A DNA stretch of 63,590 nucleotides, the filler included, from Octopus bimaculoides (Eukaryota), in NCBI RefSeq assembly GCF_001194135.2. It is 4 parts of 4 records of this genome, joined end to end, with 100 filler letters (N's around TTAATTAATTAA, not from the genome) between each part and the next. Parts side by side here need not be neighbours in the genome. Positions count along the whole stretch, not along the records: positions 1 to 19,512 come from NC_068981.1; 3 more parts are not named here. The stretch is one strand, 5' to 3'. The position numbers were made by a program, and so were the translations under genes. The notes under the pieces are model-generated. The model saw only the letters and a list, made by a program, of their open reading frames with translations, made no database searches and was not told the origin of the DNA. This document shows positions 1-11,549 of the stretch, piece after piece (within the stretch, counting starts at the first letter, position 1; each line of letters opens with the position of its first letter).

Positions 1-99
1 TATAGCCTACAGCAGATCCAAAAATGGTACCGCCCACAGAAAAGTGCTGCCCGCGGCGACCGACCCCTCCGTCCCCACACTAGGTACGTTAGTGCATCA

Positions 100-350
100 G
101 GCACCACGCCGTGTCCTTGAGCAAGACGCTTTATTTCACATTGCCCCAGTCCACTCAGCTGGTGAAAATGAGTTGTGTCTGTAATTCAAAGGGCCAGTCT
201 TGTCACATTCTGTGTCACGTCGAATCTCCCTGAGAGCTACGTTAAGAGTACGCATGCCTGTGGAGTGCTCAGCCACTTGCACGTTAATTTCACGAGCAGG
301 CTGTTCCGTTGATCGGATCAACCGAAACCCTCGTCGTCGTAACCGACAGT
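100..350 (+). mobile_element. 5'-truncated CORE-type SINE carrying the family-A 3' tail
   Basis: CORE-like motif gtgtccttgagcaagacgctttatttcacattgccccagtccactcagctg at 111-162, then the same tail as family-A copies (…ctcagccacttgcacgttaatttcacgagcaggctgttccgttgatcggatc…). Confidence 0.75.
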
Positions 351-1399
351 GTTCCAAAATCTTTTTTAAGTATTTGGACCAGACTTTAAAATTAAGTACT
401 TTGATGTATTGACTAGTATGGCAGGAAGAAATGAGGCACACTGCCCTCTTCTTTTCTCCCATCAATCTCAAAGACTCTGGAAATAGTCAGATTTGCTACC
501 TCTTACCATCTGAATAAGTCATCATTTTCATGAACTTTTGACAGTTTTATGCTGGTCGTATCGAAATATAGCACTACGCCTAGCCTAGTACTCCCTGCTG
601 GAGGATGTATTCTCTTCATTAACTCAAAGCGTTTAATATGATCGTTAACTCTTTTGTGATCATGCGCTTTAAGAAGGTTCAGAAAAATTATGAGAAAAGC
701 ATCATTATATATGTATGTGTTTGTGTGTTTGTGTGTATTGTCGCAGTGATGAATGCAAGTATGTTCGTGTAAAGTCGTACTCAACCCGTTCAAGGGTACT
801 CGGATGTAATAAGACCTTCCGTTGCGGAGCTAGATCCGAGAGAAAAAATTATCCTTTTAGACATGCGTGAGAACATAAGATGGGCTGTGAATGACGACAT
901 TGGATCGTAGGACGCATGCGTTTCTGTGTTGTTTCAGTTAGTCAGCTACGAAAAACCAAATCTGTCATTCACACTCCGGTAAGAATGAAATCATTCTTAT
1001 TAAAACAGCACAGCGAACATATGCTGCAGTGAATAAAGCTTGATCAAGTTAGAATTAATCAAATAATGTCGCACGAATCGTGTGAAGCCATATGCAACCC
1101 GTTTCAGTGCACTCAGATACGAGAAAACCTTCAGCTGCGGCCCGAGTTCGAGGAGAAAAGTCTCCTTTGAGACAAGTATAAGATTGTCTTCGCAGACGCT
1201 GCTGTCGTAAATCAAAGGCAAGAACAGACACGAAAAAGCGATGTTCTTACAGTTCTGCCAATTCACCACCCTGGGTTGGAATTTTTTTTATCGACCCCCA
1301 AAAAAGCGAGAAAAAAGGTGGCTTCGAAAAGATTTGGACATAGAGCGGAGAGAAGCGCAACGAAGACAATAATAAGGCTAGCTATTCAAAGTTCTAATG

Positions 1400-1790
1400 C
1401 CTGCCAATTTGTTGTCTCCATAATTGTCTCCAGAACAACATTATCCAATGTAGTTCTTTACTTTCTAAATATAGTAAAGTATAATTTGAGGGGAATTTGG
1501 TTGCTATTCCTAGCAGGAAGAGTGGCCACGTAGAGGCTTCTTCAGTGACTCATAGTGATATTAGATCTTGTTGTTATCGTTTAACCCTGGATCAATCCGA
1601 ATCGAGAAGACCTTTGATCGAAGATTTCTTGCCGTGACCATCTCGCCTTCCTTTTCTGGCATAGTGTATCTAGAATTACTCCATTCAGCATGTATTTCCT
1701 TTTCTAAGACAGTAGGGAGTAATTTGAAAGATATTTGGCTGTTATTTCTAGCAGGTCGAGCATCGACGTAGAGGCTCCTTCATTGATTTC
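1400..1790 (-). mobile_element. Two tandem copies of family E (CAA-tailed repeat, no tRNA head)
   Basis: The motif atttggYtgYtattYctagcagg…acgtagaggct occurs at about 1495-1540 and 1733-1778, about 237 bp apart. Homologous copies lie at 6815-7020, 12365-12445 and 56950-57775. Confidence 0.7.
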
Positions 1791-2041
1791 TTATATCATT
1801 AAGCAGTAGTGGTATGTAAGAAATCAATACTTAATCACAGAAATCGATAACATTAGAAGAAACCAGGGATCAGAACAGCTTGTTATTTACTCTTTTACAA
1901 CAATAAGAATGTCTGAACAACGGAAAAATTTCACTGCAAAAAAAACAACATAAAAAACAAAAAGCAGACAAACAAACAAAAACAAAATAAAACAACAAAA
2001 ACAGCCCCTTCTCAAAAAACAAACAAACAAACAAACAAGTG

Positions 2042-2200
2042 GTCATGTCATGTAGTTAAGAAGTTCACTTTGCAACCACGCGATTTCGGGTTCAGTCCCA
2101 CTGCACGGCACCTAAAGTAACAGTCTTATACTGTAAACCTGGGTCAACCAATATCTTGTGAGTGTTTGGTAGACGGAAACTGTGTGGAAGCCCGTCGTAT
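2042..2200 (+). mobile_element. Family-C SINE head (tRNA-like, CORE-like)
   Basis: gttaagaagttcactttgcaaccacgcgatttcgggttcagtccca…ggtagacggaaactg…gaagcccgtcgtat followed by microsatellite. Matches heads at 8130, 13490, 20130 and 53478. Confidence 0.75.
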
Positions 2201-2206
2201 CTATCC

Positions 2207-2244
<38 letters not shown>

Positions 2245-2692
2245 ATAGGCTTCAGGCGTGGCTGTGTGGTAAGAAGCTTGCTTCCGGTATAGCGTTTTGT
2301 TTGGTTCAACTGCGGTCTTTGTGAATAACACATGTGCTTTTTGGTTGTCTTAGCGGTGCGACGTTTTCCCTCTTGTTTAATGGAGGGGCGTCGGGTGAGG
2401 AGCTGTGAAGGCCTGAATTGTTCAGAATTTGTAAACTACCCTTCTTCGGACTTTGTTGTCGTCTGAGGAGGAGATGGTGAAGTGTTTGAAAAGAATAGAC
2501 GAGAAAATGGAAACAAGACGTTATGCTGTAGTGGCAGAAGAAAAGAGTGAAGACGTGAGTTTGGAGGATTTGAGTGAATTTAAAAACATGTTTAAAAGGG
2601 AGGGGAACGAAGTGAATGTGTTTCCCCAACAAAGAAGTTTTAAAGGAGAAAAGGGAATAAAACAAATGCCTGAAACAAATAAAAGAATAATA

Positions 2693-3953
2693 CAGGGGTT
2701 GGACAAAATAATGGAAACACCTAGCATCATAGCATCATAATTTTGAAATATCTTTAAAACCGTCAAACGCTTGTTTATTTTTATGTTTTTTTTTATTTAT
2801 TATTAGTGTTGCTTAAAATGTTTTGCTAAAATTGTTGTTTCTTTTCAGATATCATCAGAAAAAGGTAATTAAAATTCATTAAAATGATAGATCTATCGGA
2901 CTTTCAAAGAGATTAAACNNNNNNNNNNNNNNNNNNNNNNNNNNNNNNNNNNNNNNNNNNNNNNNNNNNNNNNNNNNNNNNNNNNNNNNNNNNNNNNNNN
3001 NNNNNNNNNNNNNNNNNNNNNNNNNNNNNNNNNNNNNNNNNNNNNNNNNNNNNNNNNNNNNNNNNNNNNNNNNNNNNNNNNNNNNNNNNNNNNNNNNNNN
3101 NNNNNNNNNNNNNACAGTATCCAAAATTACTGCAGAGCTTAATGAGCACCTCGAGAACCCTGTCTCCATCAAAACTGTTCACCGGGAGCTTCACAAAACC
3201 GGATTTCACGGGAGGGCTGTAATCAGAAAACCACTACTTTCAAAAACAAACGTTGCAAAGCGTTTAGACTGGAGAATTGGTCCGTAGAGCAGTAGAAGAA
3301 TGTTATTTTCTCGGACGAGTCATCCTTTACCTTATTTCCGACCACCGGCCGAATATACGTGTGGAGACAGCCAAAAGAAGCATTTGACCCAGACTGCCTT
3401 CTTCCAACTGTTAAATATAGAGGAGGATCTGTGATGATCGGGGTGAGGTTGGGGCTATATCTTGGAAGTCCGAAGGCCCAATGGTTTCCCTTTATGGCAG
3501 AATTAATAGTCAAGACTGTTTAAATATTTTATCTGGTCAAATTCATCCCATGGTTGCGGAACTGTTTGCGGAGGGAAGCGCAATCTTTCAGGATGATTAT
3601 ACACCAATTCACACAGCTAAAGTTGTTATTAAATGGTACGAGGAACATTCTAGTGAAGTTGAACATCTTATCTGGCCACAATAGTCCCCAGATCTCAAAA
3701 TTATTGAACATTTATGATGCATTTTAGAAAAAACAAATAAGGAGTCGATATCCTCCACCATCATCTCTACAAGAACTGGAGACTGTTTTAGCTGAAGAAG
3801 GGACAAAAATTCCTTTGGAAACAATTCAAACATTGTATGAATCCATACCGCATAGAATTCAAGCTGTAATTACTGCCAAAGACAGTCCTACCCCATATTA
3901 AAATAAATTTGTTTGAAGTTTCTCGGTGTTTCCATTATTTTGTCCAACTTCTG
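2693..3953 (+). mobile_element. Complete but inactivated Tc1-like DNA transposon (DD34E)
   Basis: 29-bp TIRs at 2693-2721 (caggggttggacaaaataatggaaacacc) and 3925-3953 with 2 mismatches, and TA on both sides (2691-2, 3954-5). Transposase remnant 2884-3901 shows MIDLSDFQR, FSDESSF, FQDDYTPIH and SPDLKIIEHL, with stops and frameshifts and an N gap at 2919-3113. AATAAA follows the stop. Confidence 0.93.
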
Positions 3954-4046
3954 TATATACACACATACAGACACACACATATATAGCTGTGTGAATATGC
4001 GTGCCTGTATGTGTGCTGCGCATGTGTGTACGTATGAATGCGTATC

Positions 4047-4256
4047 TCAACAACACTTAGCTACTGGTGTTGGTTTGTTTACATCCTCAAGACATAGCGG
4101 TTCACTGAAAGAGACAGACAGAATAAGTACCATACATAAAAAATGGAGAACAGGTACGGGGGCGGACGTGTTCCCCCCCCCCGACTAAAAAAACCCTTCA
4201 AAGCGGTGCTCCAGCATGGCTACAGTCCAATGACTGAAACAAGTAAAAGACAAAAG
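4047..4256 (+). mobile_element. Family-C SINE 3' module
   Basis: …ttagcggttc…gaataagtac…aagcggtgctccagcatggctacagtccaatgactgaaacaagtaaaaga, also seen at 7930, 19346, 20725, 39985 and 42775. Confidence 0.75.
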
Positions 4257-4264
4257 CTATATGT

Positions 4265-4700
4265 AACCACCGTGGAAAGAATTGTCTCAGACAAGTTCTT
4301 CAGTTAAAAGACTGCATTGAGAGGCAACCATATTTACAGTTTACTTTCTTTGGCAGTTGAAATGCAGGCTACGTTGATCGATCTTTTACAGATCTGTAAT
4401 ACCATCAATAACGATGTTCCTGAAATATCTGTCATTTTAAACTTTTCTGCCTAAGTTCCTCTCTGTTATTCTTAACCATTAATGTACACATGTCGCTATT
4501 CACTTTCCTTCATCCTTTACCAAATATTACATGCCATCCACTTAACGGATTCATCTTGACTTACAAATCATCGTCGTATATGATGCAGTTGAAGACCTTA
4601 TCTATAAGGTTTTCAAATGCCTCGTGCATGTAGTTTGAGACAGCGAATAATTCACATTTACGATGCAGTCTTCATCGTTTCTTTTCTGGCATTTAAGCTC
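4265..4700 (-). pseudogene. Possible highly degraded hAT-type transposase fragment
   Basis: The minus strand reads RYFRNIVIDGITDL*KIDQRSL, resembling the hAT motif YFSIIxDETTDxSxxEQLS. Several stops and frame changes are needed. Confidence 0.3.
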
Positions 4701-4794
4701 CTACGAGACCTAAAACTTCAGTTGATGTAGTAAAAACCTGAAAATGCTTTAGCCGACATTACTGTCAGAAATGTGCTCCAATATTCAGTGACAT

Positions 4795-4796
4795 GA

Positions 4797-4850
<54 letters not shown>

Positions 4851-4913
4851 CGCTGCCGCTACCACCACCACCAGCACAACCAGCACCACCAAAACCACCA
4901 CCACCACCACCAT

Positions 4914-4976
<63 letters not shown>

Positions 4977-5196
4977 CACCACAACCACCAACACTACTAC
5001 TACCACCACCNNNNNNNNNNNNNNNNNNNNNNNNNNNNNNNNNNNNNNNNNNNNNNNNNNNNNNNNNNNNNNNNNNNNNNNNNNNNNNNNNNNNNNNNNN
5101 NNNNNNNNNNNNNNNNNNNNNNNNNNNNNNNNNNNNNNNNNNNNNNNNNNNNNNNNNNNNNNNNNNNNNNNNNNNNNNNNNNNNNNNNNNNNNNNN

Positions 5197-5266
<70 letters not shown>

Positions 5267-5270
5267 TTAT
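4795..5270. repeat. Compound trinucleotide repeat (CTA/CTG/CCA)n with N gap
   Basis: Visible directly. It produces the poly-L/P/S/V pseudo-ORFs in the track. Confidence 0.95.
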
Positions 5271-5271
5271 T

Positions 5272-5480
5272 AAGGCGGCGGGCTGGCAGAATAGCCAGCA
5301 CGCCGGGCGAAATGCTTAGCGGTATCTTGTCTGTCTTCAAGTTCTGAGTTCAAATTCCGCCTAGGCTGACTTTGCCTTTGAACCTTTCGTGGTCGATAAA
5401 ATAAGTACCAGTTGTGTACTGGTGTCGCTATAATCGACTTCCCTCCTTCCCCAAATTTCAGGCCTATAATAGAAAGGATT
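5272..5480 (+). mobile_element. Family-B SINE (tRNA-derived)
   Basis: Starts aaggcggcgggctggcagaa and has B-box-like gagttcaaattcc and the central ctttgcctttgaacctttcgtggtcgataaaataagtaccag. More than 15 related copies occur in the window. Confidence 0.85.
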
Positions 5481-5537
5481 ATTATCATTATTATCATAAT
5501 AGTAGCTATGTATGATATCATTTCATCCCTCTAGCTT

Positions 5538-5538
5538 A

Positions 5539-5602
<64 letters not shown>

Positions 5603-5672
5603 CATCCATCCATCCATCTATCTATCTGTCTATCTCTATCTCTATCTATCTGTCTGTCTGTCTGTCTGTCTG
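5538..5672. repeat. (TATC)n/(TCCA)n/(TCTG)n microsatellite
   Basis: Visible directly. Confidence 0.95.
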
Positions 5673-5749
5673 TACACGAATTCACATCAAGAATCTTGCA
5701 AACCAAATTCAAAAACGAAGTATTAAGTATATATAGGTATGTATGTTTG

Positions 5750-5914
5750 TATACACACTACGGGCTTCAACACAGTATCCATCTCCCAAATTAATTCACA
5801 AGATATTTACTAGCCTCGGGGCTATAGTTGAAGACACCTGACCAAAGTGCTGCGCCGTTGGACTGAAAACACGAAGGCATGTGGTTGCAAAGCGAACTTC
5901 TAAGTCACACAACT
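5750..5914 (-). mobile_element. Family-C SINE head, interrupted by a family-A insertion
   Basis: The reverse complement reads gacttagaagttcgctttgcaaccacatg…gaagcccgtag. Its 5' end is duplicated as the TSD of the adjacent A copy. Confidence 0.7.
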
Positions 5915-6301
5915 GTGGAGGCGCAATGGCCCAGTCGTTAGGGCAGCGGACTCGTGGTCATAGGATCGCGGTTTCGATTCCCAGACCGGGCGTTGTGAGT
6001 GTTTATTGAGCGAAAACACCTAAAGCACCACGAGGCTCCGGCAGGGGATGGTGGCGAACCCTGCTGTACTCTTTCACCACAACTTTCTCTCACTCTTACT
6101 TCCTGTTCCTGTTATGCTTGTAATTCAAAGGGTCAGCCTTGTCACACTGTGTCACGCTGAATATCCCCGCGAACTACGTTATGGATACACGTGTCTGTGG
6201 AGTGCTCAGCCACTTGCACGTTAATTTCACGAGCAGGCTGTTCCGTTGATCGGATCAACTGGAACCCTCGACGTCATAAGCGATGGAGTGCTAACAACAA
6301 C
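5915..6301 (+). mobile_element. Full-length family-A SINE with 12-bp TSD
   Basis: tRNA-like head with A box tggcccagtcg and B box gtttcgattcc, and a CAA tail. TSD agtcacacaact at 5903-5914 and 6302-6313. Confidence 0.92.
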
Positions 6302-6814
6302 AGTCACACAACTATACCTACGTCTGATTTTGCAGAAAGTAAAAGCATATTTTTGTCGCCACGTCTGGAATTGTAATTCTTATGCTCTCATGCAACTATT
6401 AGATTGCCTTCAAGAAAATATCATTTATTAAAGAAACATGCTATCAGAAACTGCCTCAAATTTCCGATTCGCCTTCAAGCCAGTTCATATCTTTCTCTCT
6501 CGTTTGTTTGATGGATGGTTCTTTTTTGAGAAAACAAATAATAATCGATATGCAGACAGCTTTTTGTTTTTTATTACTTTTTTAACCTGGTTACCAATCT
6601 GAATTTTGTTCGTGCGTCTTAAGAAAGAATATAAAAAAGAAATGTCGTGTTAACGTTAGATTTGTGAATTTTAAGTGGAGAAATACTCGTTTTAAACTCC
6701 AAAAGTAAACAAATATAATTAGATATGTTCAGTCCCGATTAAATTTCTTTGGAAAGATAAAAAAATGATTTGAAGATTTCAAAACACGTTTATAAGAGTC
6801 GAAAACACAAAGCG

Positions 6815-7020
6815 TCTATACATAGTCAGCCGACTTACTAGAAATAGCAATAAAATATGCCTGAACTCACACCCAGTCGTTTTAAAAAGGAAGGGACACA
6901 TTTGATAATGTCATCCGAGATATGCAATCCCCAAGAGAAGAACAGGTTGGTTATGGGTCGAATGATATCCAACATAGGATTGACCTGGGGACAAACACAA
7001 AAACAACAAACTCAACAACA
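6815..7020 (+). mobile_element. Degraded full-length family-E copy
   Basis: actagaaatagcaataaaat…gggacacatttgataatg…gattgacctggggacaaacacaaaaacaacaa, ending in a CAA-rich tail. Confidence 0.6.
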
Positions 7021-7057
7021 GAAGCTGTTTGAGTACTACAGATCGAACTCCTCTAAA

Positions 7058-7245
7058 TTCTTTTTCTTTTCTACTCTAGGTACAAGATCGACTCCGGTAC
7101 GTGCCTAGAACTTAATTTATCGACCCCGAAAGGATGAAAGACAAAGTCAGCCTCGGCGGAATTTGAACTTAGAACGTAAAGATAGACGAAATACCGTTAA
7201 GTATTTCGCTCGGCGTGCTAACGTTTCTGCCAACTCACCGACTTC
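7058..7245 (-). mobile_element. Family-B SINE
   Basis: atcgaccccgaaaggatgaaag…cctcggcggaatttgaac…tctgccaactcaccg is the reverse complement of the B pattern. Confidence 0.85.
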
Positions 7246-7929
7246 AAGAACTTCTCTAAATTCGATTGATCTCTATGTTAATCCATATTAAATATAAAAT
7301 GTTAAGATAAGCATATAGACACGCATATATANNNNNNNNNNNNNNNNNNNNNNNNNNNNNNNNNNNNNNNNNNNNNNNNNNNNNNNNNNNNNNNNNNNNN
7401 NNNNNNNNNNNNNNNNNNNNNNNNNNNNNNNNNNNNNNNNNNNNNNNNNNNNNNNNNNNNNNNNNNNNNNNNNNNNNNNNNNNNNNNNNNNNNNNNNNNN
7501 NNNNNNNNNNNNNNNNNNNNNNNNNNNNNNNNNNNNNNNNNNNNNNNNNNNNNNNNNNNNNNNNNNNNNNNNNNNNNNNNNNNNNNNNNNNNNNNNNNNN
7601 NNNNNNNNNNNNNNNNNNNNNNNNNNNNNNNNNNNNNNNNNNNNNNNNNNNNNNNNNNNNNNNNNNNNNNNNNNNNNNNNNNNNNNNNNNNNNNNNNNNN
7701 NNNNNNNNNNNNNNNNNNNNNNNNNNNNNNNNNNNNNNNNNNNNNNNNNNNNNNNNNNNNNNNNNNNNNNNNNNNNNNNNNNNNNNNNNNNNNNNNNNNN
7801 NNNNNNNNNNNNNNNNNNNNNNNNNNNNNNNNNNNNNNNNNNNNNNNNNNNNNNNNNNNNNNNNNNNNNNNNNNNNNNNNNNNNNNNNNNNNNNNNNNNN
7901 NNNNNNNNNNNNNNNNNNNNNNNNNNNNA

Positions 7930-8280
7930 CTTAGCGGTTCGGCAAAAGAGACCGATAGAATAAGTACTAGGCTTACAAAGAATAAGTCATGTGGTCGATT
8001 TGCTCGACTAAAGGCGGTGCTCCAGCATGGCCACAGTCAAATGACTGAAACAAGTAAAAGAGAGAAAGAGTAAGAGTATGTATATATGTATGTATATATG
8101 TATGTATGTATGTATGTATATCGTATGTAGGATTGGTTTTACGGTAAAAAGTTTGTTTCTCAACCTACATGGCTCCTGGTTCAGTTCAAATGCGTGGAAC
8201 CTGGAGCAAGTGTCCTCTACTATAGCCCCAGGCCGATCACTGTCTTGTGAATGAATTTGGTAGACGGAAACAGCGTGGAA
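7930..8280 (+). mobile_element. Family-C 3' module (7930-8075) followed by a family-C head (about 8130-8280)
   Basis: ttagcggttcggcaaaagagaccgatagaataagtac…aatgactgaaacaagtaaaaga, then a degraded head ending ggtagacggaaac. Confidence 0.75.
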
Positions 8281-8881
8281 TTCATTGCTTTAGGGGAAAA
8301 TTTGTATTGGAGAAAATATTGGTATAAACATCGGATTACTATTTTAATGATTAATTAAACTCAATCTTTATGAAAGAAAAGAGGAAGCGTTCAGAATTGC
8401 TAATATAACCCACTAATTAGAAACGTACTGTTTGTATCGTTTATTAAGTTGTTAATTTCCTGAAATAATAAAGGAATCCATTATTGCTTCGCAAAAAATA
8501 TTAAAGGAAATCACAGTAAAAGTTATCGTTATTATTTATTACTTTAATCTAAACTAAACAACCAAATAAAACTATATTGAAGTTAGAAAAATATTAAACA
8601 GAACGTATTTTTCAGATTTTAGTGAAACCATCAACTAAATTAGGAATTGGACAAACCCAAACAATTACAATGTAATTTGTTTCGGTGTCCTTAATCGGTT
8701 TAATTGGTATAATTGTTATTTACATTTTCAAGATTTAATATGAAAATTTCACAAAGTGTAATCCGTTTTCTGCCTCAGCAACATAAGGTATTTCTGACAG
8801 TTTTAAACAATCAATAAGCACGTGCATAGCTGTGTGGTTAAGAAACTCGTTTTGCATATTATGCGGTGTCAGGTTCAGGCC

Positions 8882-9577
8882 ACAATCATCTGGGATATGC
8901 CGGTTCAAACCGACAAAGAAATAAAAGCTAATCGCCCAGACATAATAGTTAAGGATTTGGGAGAAAAATACCTGCTAACTTATAGACATTGCAGTCCCTT
9001 CTGATCAAAATATTGTCGAAAAGAAGTGGAGGAATTGTCGAAGTACAAAGACCTCGAAATTGAAGTATTCAAAATGTGGGGCATCAAAGTATAAGTAATA
9101 CCAATAAATAATTGGAGCATTGGGCATAATAAAAAAAAATCATATGAACAAAAATGTAGAAGCTATACCTGGATCTTCAACACTACACGCTACTAGGAAC
9201 AGCCTTCATCCTACGTAAGACACTATGAATCCAATAATACAACCTAAACAACCTACAAATACAAGACTCACTCAATACAGCATTTACTCATTAAAATAAA
9301 CTCCCACAAGCAAGCTAGGGAACCAAAGCATTACACACTCAACACACAATACAAGCAGTAACACAACAAAAGACAGCACCACACCTCAAGGAAAAAAGCT
9401 AATACAATACAGTACCGGGAAGAGATCGTACACTCCCAACAGCAGAGAAGAACACACATTGCTGCACACCCCCCCAGCAACACAGAGGTGTAGCAGGTGA
9501 TGCAGTAGAAATTTGCCTCAATCTACCAAATATTGAACCGTTATATAATAATGATAATAATAATAATAATAATAACA
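8882..9577 (+). mobile_element. 5'-truncated R4/Dong-like non-LTR retrotransposon (RLE domain, 3'UTR, (TAA)n tail)
   Basis: Frameshifted translation TIIWDMPVQTDKEIKANRPDIIVKD…LIDIAVPSDQN…KYKDLEIEVFKMW…IIIGALG…LLGTAFILRKTL* (stop 9226-8) shows the PD..D restriction-like endonuclease motif. The element ends in (TAA)n at about 9545-9577. Confidence 0.85.
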
Positions 9578-10261
9578 ACAAGAAAAAATAAAATTACAGT
9601 ACTAATTAGATGATAGTAACAGAAATAATGTTAATAATAGCTAATTTGATAATAATAAAAAGAAAAAATGCAATTGTAGAAACAAAGCTGCGTGTACTCC
9701 GGGAAATAAATTTTCTGAAAAAACATGAAGCAAATAATTCGCATATATAGGTGCATCGTCTCACTTCCTTTTCAAAAAATCGATGGCGTAGTCATATTGC
9801 ATCATTTCAGGATAAAAACAAAAGGCACAGCACGTCTCTTGCCAACATAATATGGAGTCTGAAGGAAAAGAAAATACAACATAGCATATATGTTTGTGAG
9901 TAATAAAAACTGCGTACACATACGATGGGAACTTCAGATTATGCAACAGAGACATTGTGTATATTATTATTATTATATAAGGAAGAATTAATTAACTGAC
10001 ATTCGTAGATCATTATGAGATAAAAAAAAAAAAACTTGAGGGAATATGGAAAAATATTTAATAGAGAACATCTAATTGGTTTACTAACATAAGCAAATAT
10101 GTTAATAGATGTACACATCTATAAAATGAGTGTGCATGTATCTACATCTATATTTCTGTATGTATGTGAATATGTAAATATATTCATATATTTATGAATG
10201 TTTACGTATACCGGATCATTTTATGACTATATGATAATTGTAACTCAGTCGATATGCATTG

Positions 10262-10292
10262 TAGATTATTATTATTATTATCATTATTATTA

Positions 10293-10342
<50 letters not shown>

Positions 10343-10470
10343 GATAATAATGATGATGATGGTGATGATTTCAAATTTTGATACAAGGCCAGCAAATCCG
10401 GGCGAAAGAGTAAGTCGATTATATCACTATATCGACCCCGAAAGACAACCTCAGCGAAATTTTAATAATA

Positions 10471-10540
<70 letters not shown>
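10262..10540. repeat. (ATT)n and (AAT)n microsatellites flanking a family-B fragment
   Basis: Visible directly. The B-like fragment lies at about 10365-10460. Confidence 0.85.
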
Positions 10541-10542
<2 letters not shown>

Positions 10543-11549
10543 TACTCACACGTACGAACACTATTGGCTCACGCACATCTACATACACATACAAAGGACA
10601 ATTTGCAATTTGCATGTGTGTATGTGTGTGTGTAATTGGAGGGTGATATGTGTACATATGCGCACGATAGTCATATTGATCTTTAATACTTGGCGGTTGC
10701 CAGTTTTAAAAGAAAATAGTTAACGTGTTAAAGGCTCATACCAACTTACTGGAATTTATTGGTGACGACAGAAATGTATTTTGTTTCTTCTTGAAGCCTT
10801 GAAAATTCCACGATAAGAAGCACTAACGGTTTTGAAAATCGATTTTAAGCAGTATCAAGGTTTCTTCCAATAACTGTTTTATTGATAAGAAAAAAAATAA
10901 AAACAAACAAAAACTGATGCATACTGGCTGACAAAGGAGTTTGTTTGGTATAATATTGTTGACCAACTAGCATAGCACAACTATCCTCGTTTATCATTGG
11001 CAATGGTTAGCTTCCACAAAAAACTCCAAACAAATCAGTGATAAATGATAAGAGAATATACGGGTAAAATGCGTTTCATTCCAAAACCCCAAGTTGTCCT
11101 GGTCATTGTGGGCGGTTCAAGCAGAATCTCTAACTGATGACCTACCCGTGTAAACATAGATCTATTCGTGATAAGCGTAACAGTTAGCCTAGCGTGGATC
11201 AGTGATGAATGAAACAGTGATAAACGAGAATAGATGTGGTAAAAGTTTATTGTTACTATCAAATATTCATCAGGTTGAAGAACCCAACGGCTGCGATGAT
11301 TCTTGTGATGGGCAAGGATTTTCTATGTTGTTGCAATATCCCCAAGAAATGGCAACCAAACCCGAGTCTCTGCCATATGAGAGAGAGAGAGAGAGAGAAA
11401 AAAAAAACCGAATTATTTATTGGGTAAAATAGTCTGTGATAAACTGTCTGAAAAAACTTCGGATGGTCACGATTGAAATGCATTTCAGCATAAAGTCTCC
11501 TTGACCATGGATGATTTAAGACATGGTAACACGATAACAATATTATTTT

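Noticed and set aside
136-471. Recurrent similar ORFs (RRRGFQLIRSTEQPAREINV…) at 136, 6191, 17058, 50986, 51065 and 52766
   Set aside because: These are translations of the family-A SINE tail, not a gene family.
4765-5347. Poly-Pro/Ser/Leu/Val ORFs resembling low-complexity proteins
   Set aside because: Trinucleotide repeat plus gap, with no splice or codon evidence.
5915-5990. tRNA-like sequences at SINE heads (also 15099, 51397, 52569)
   Set aside because: They have A/B boxes but run into SINE bodies bounded by TSDs and lack a full cloverleaf, so they are not tRNA genes.
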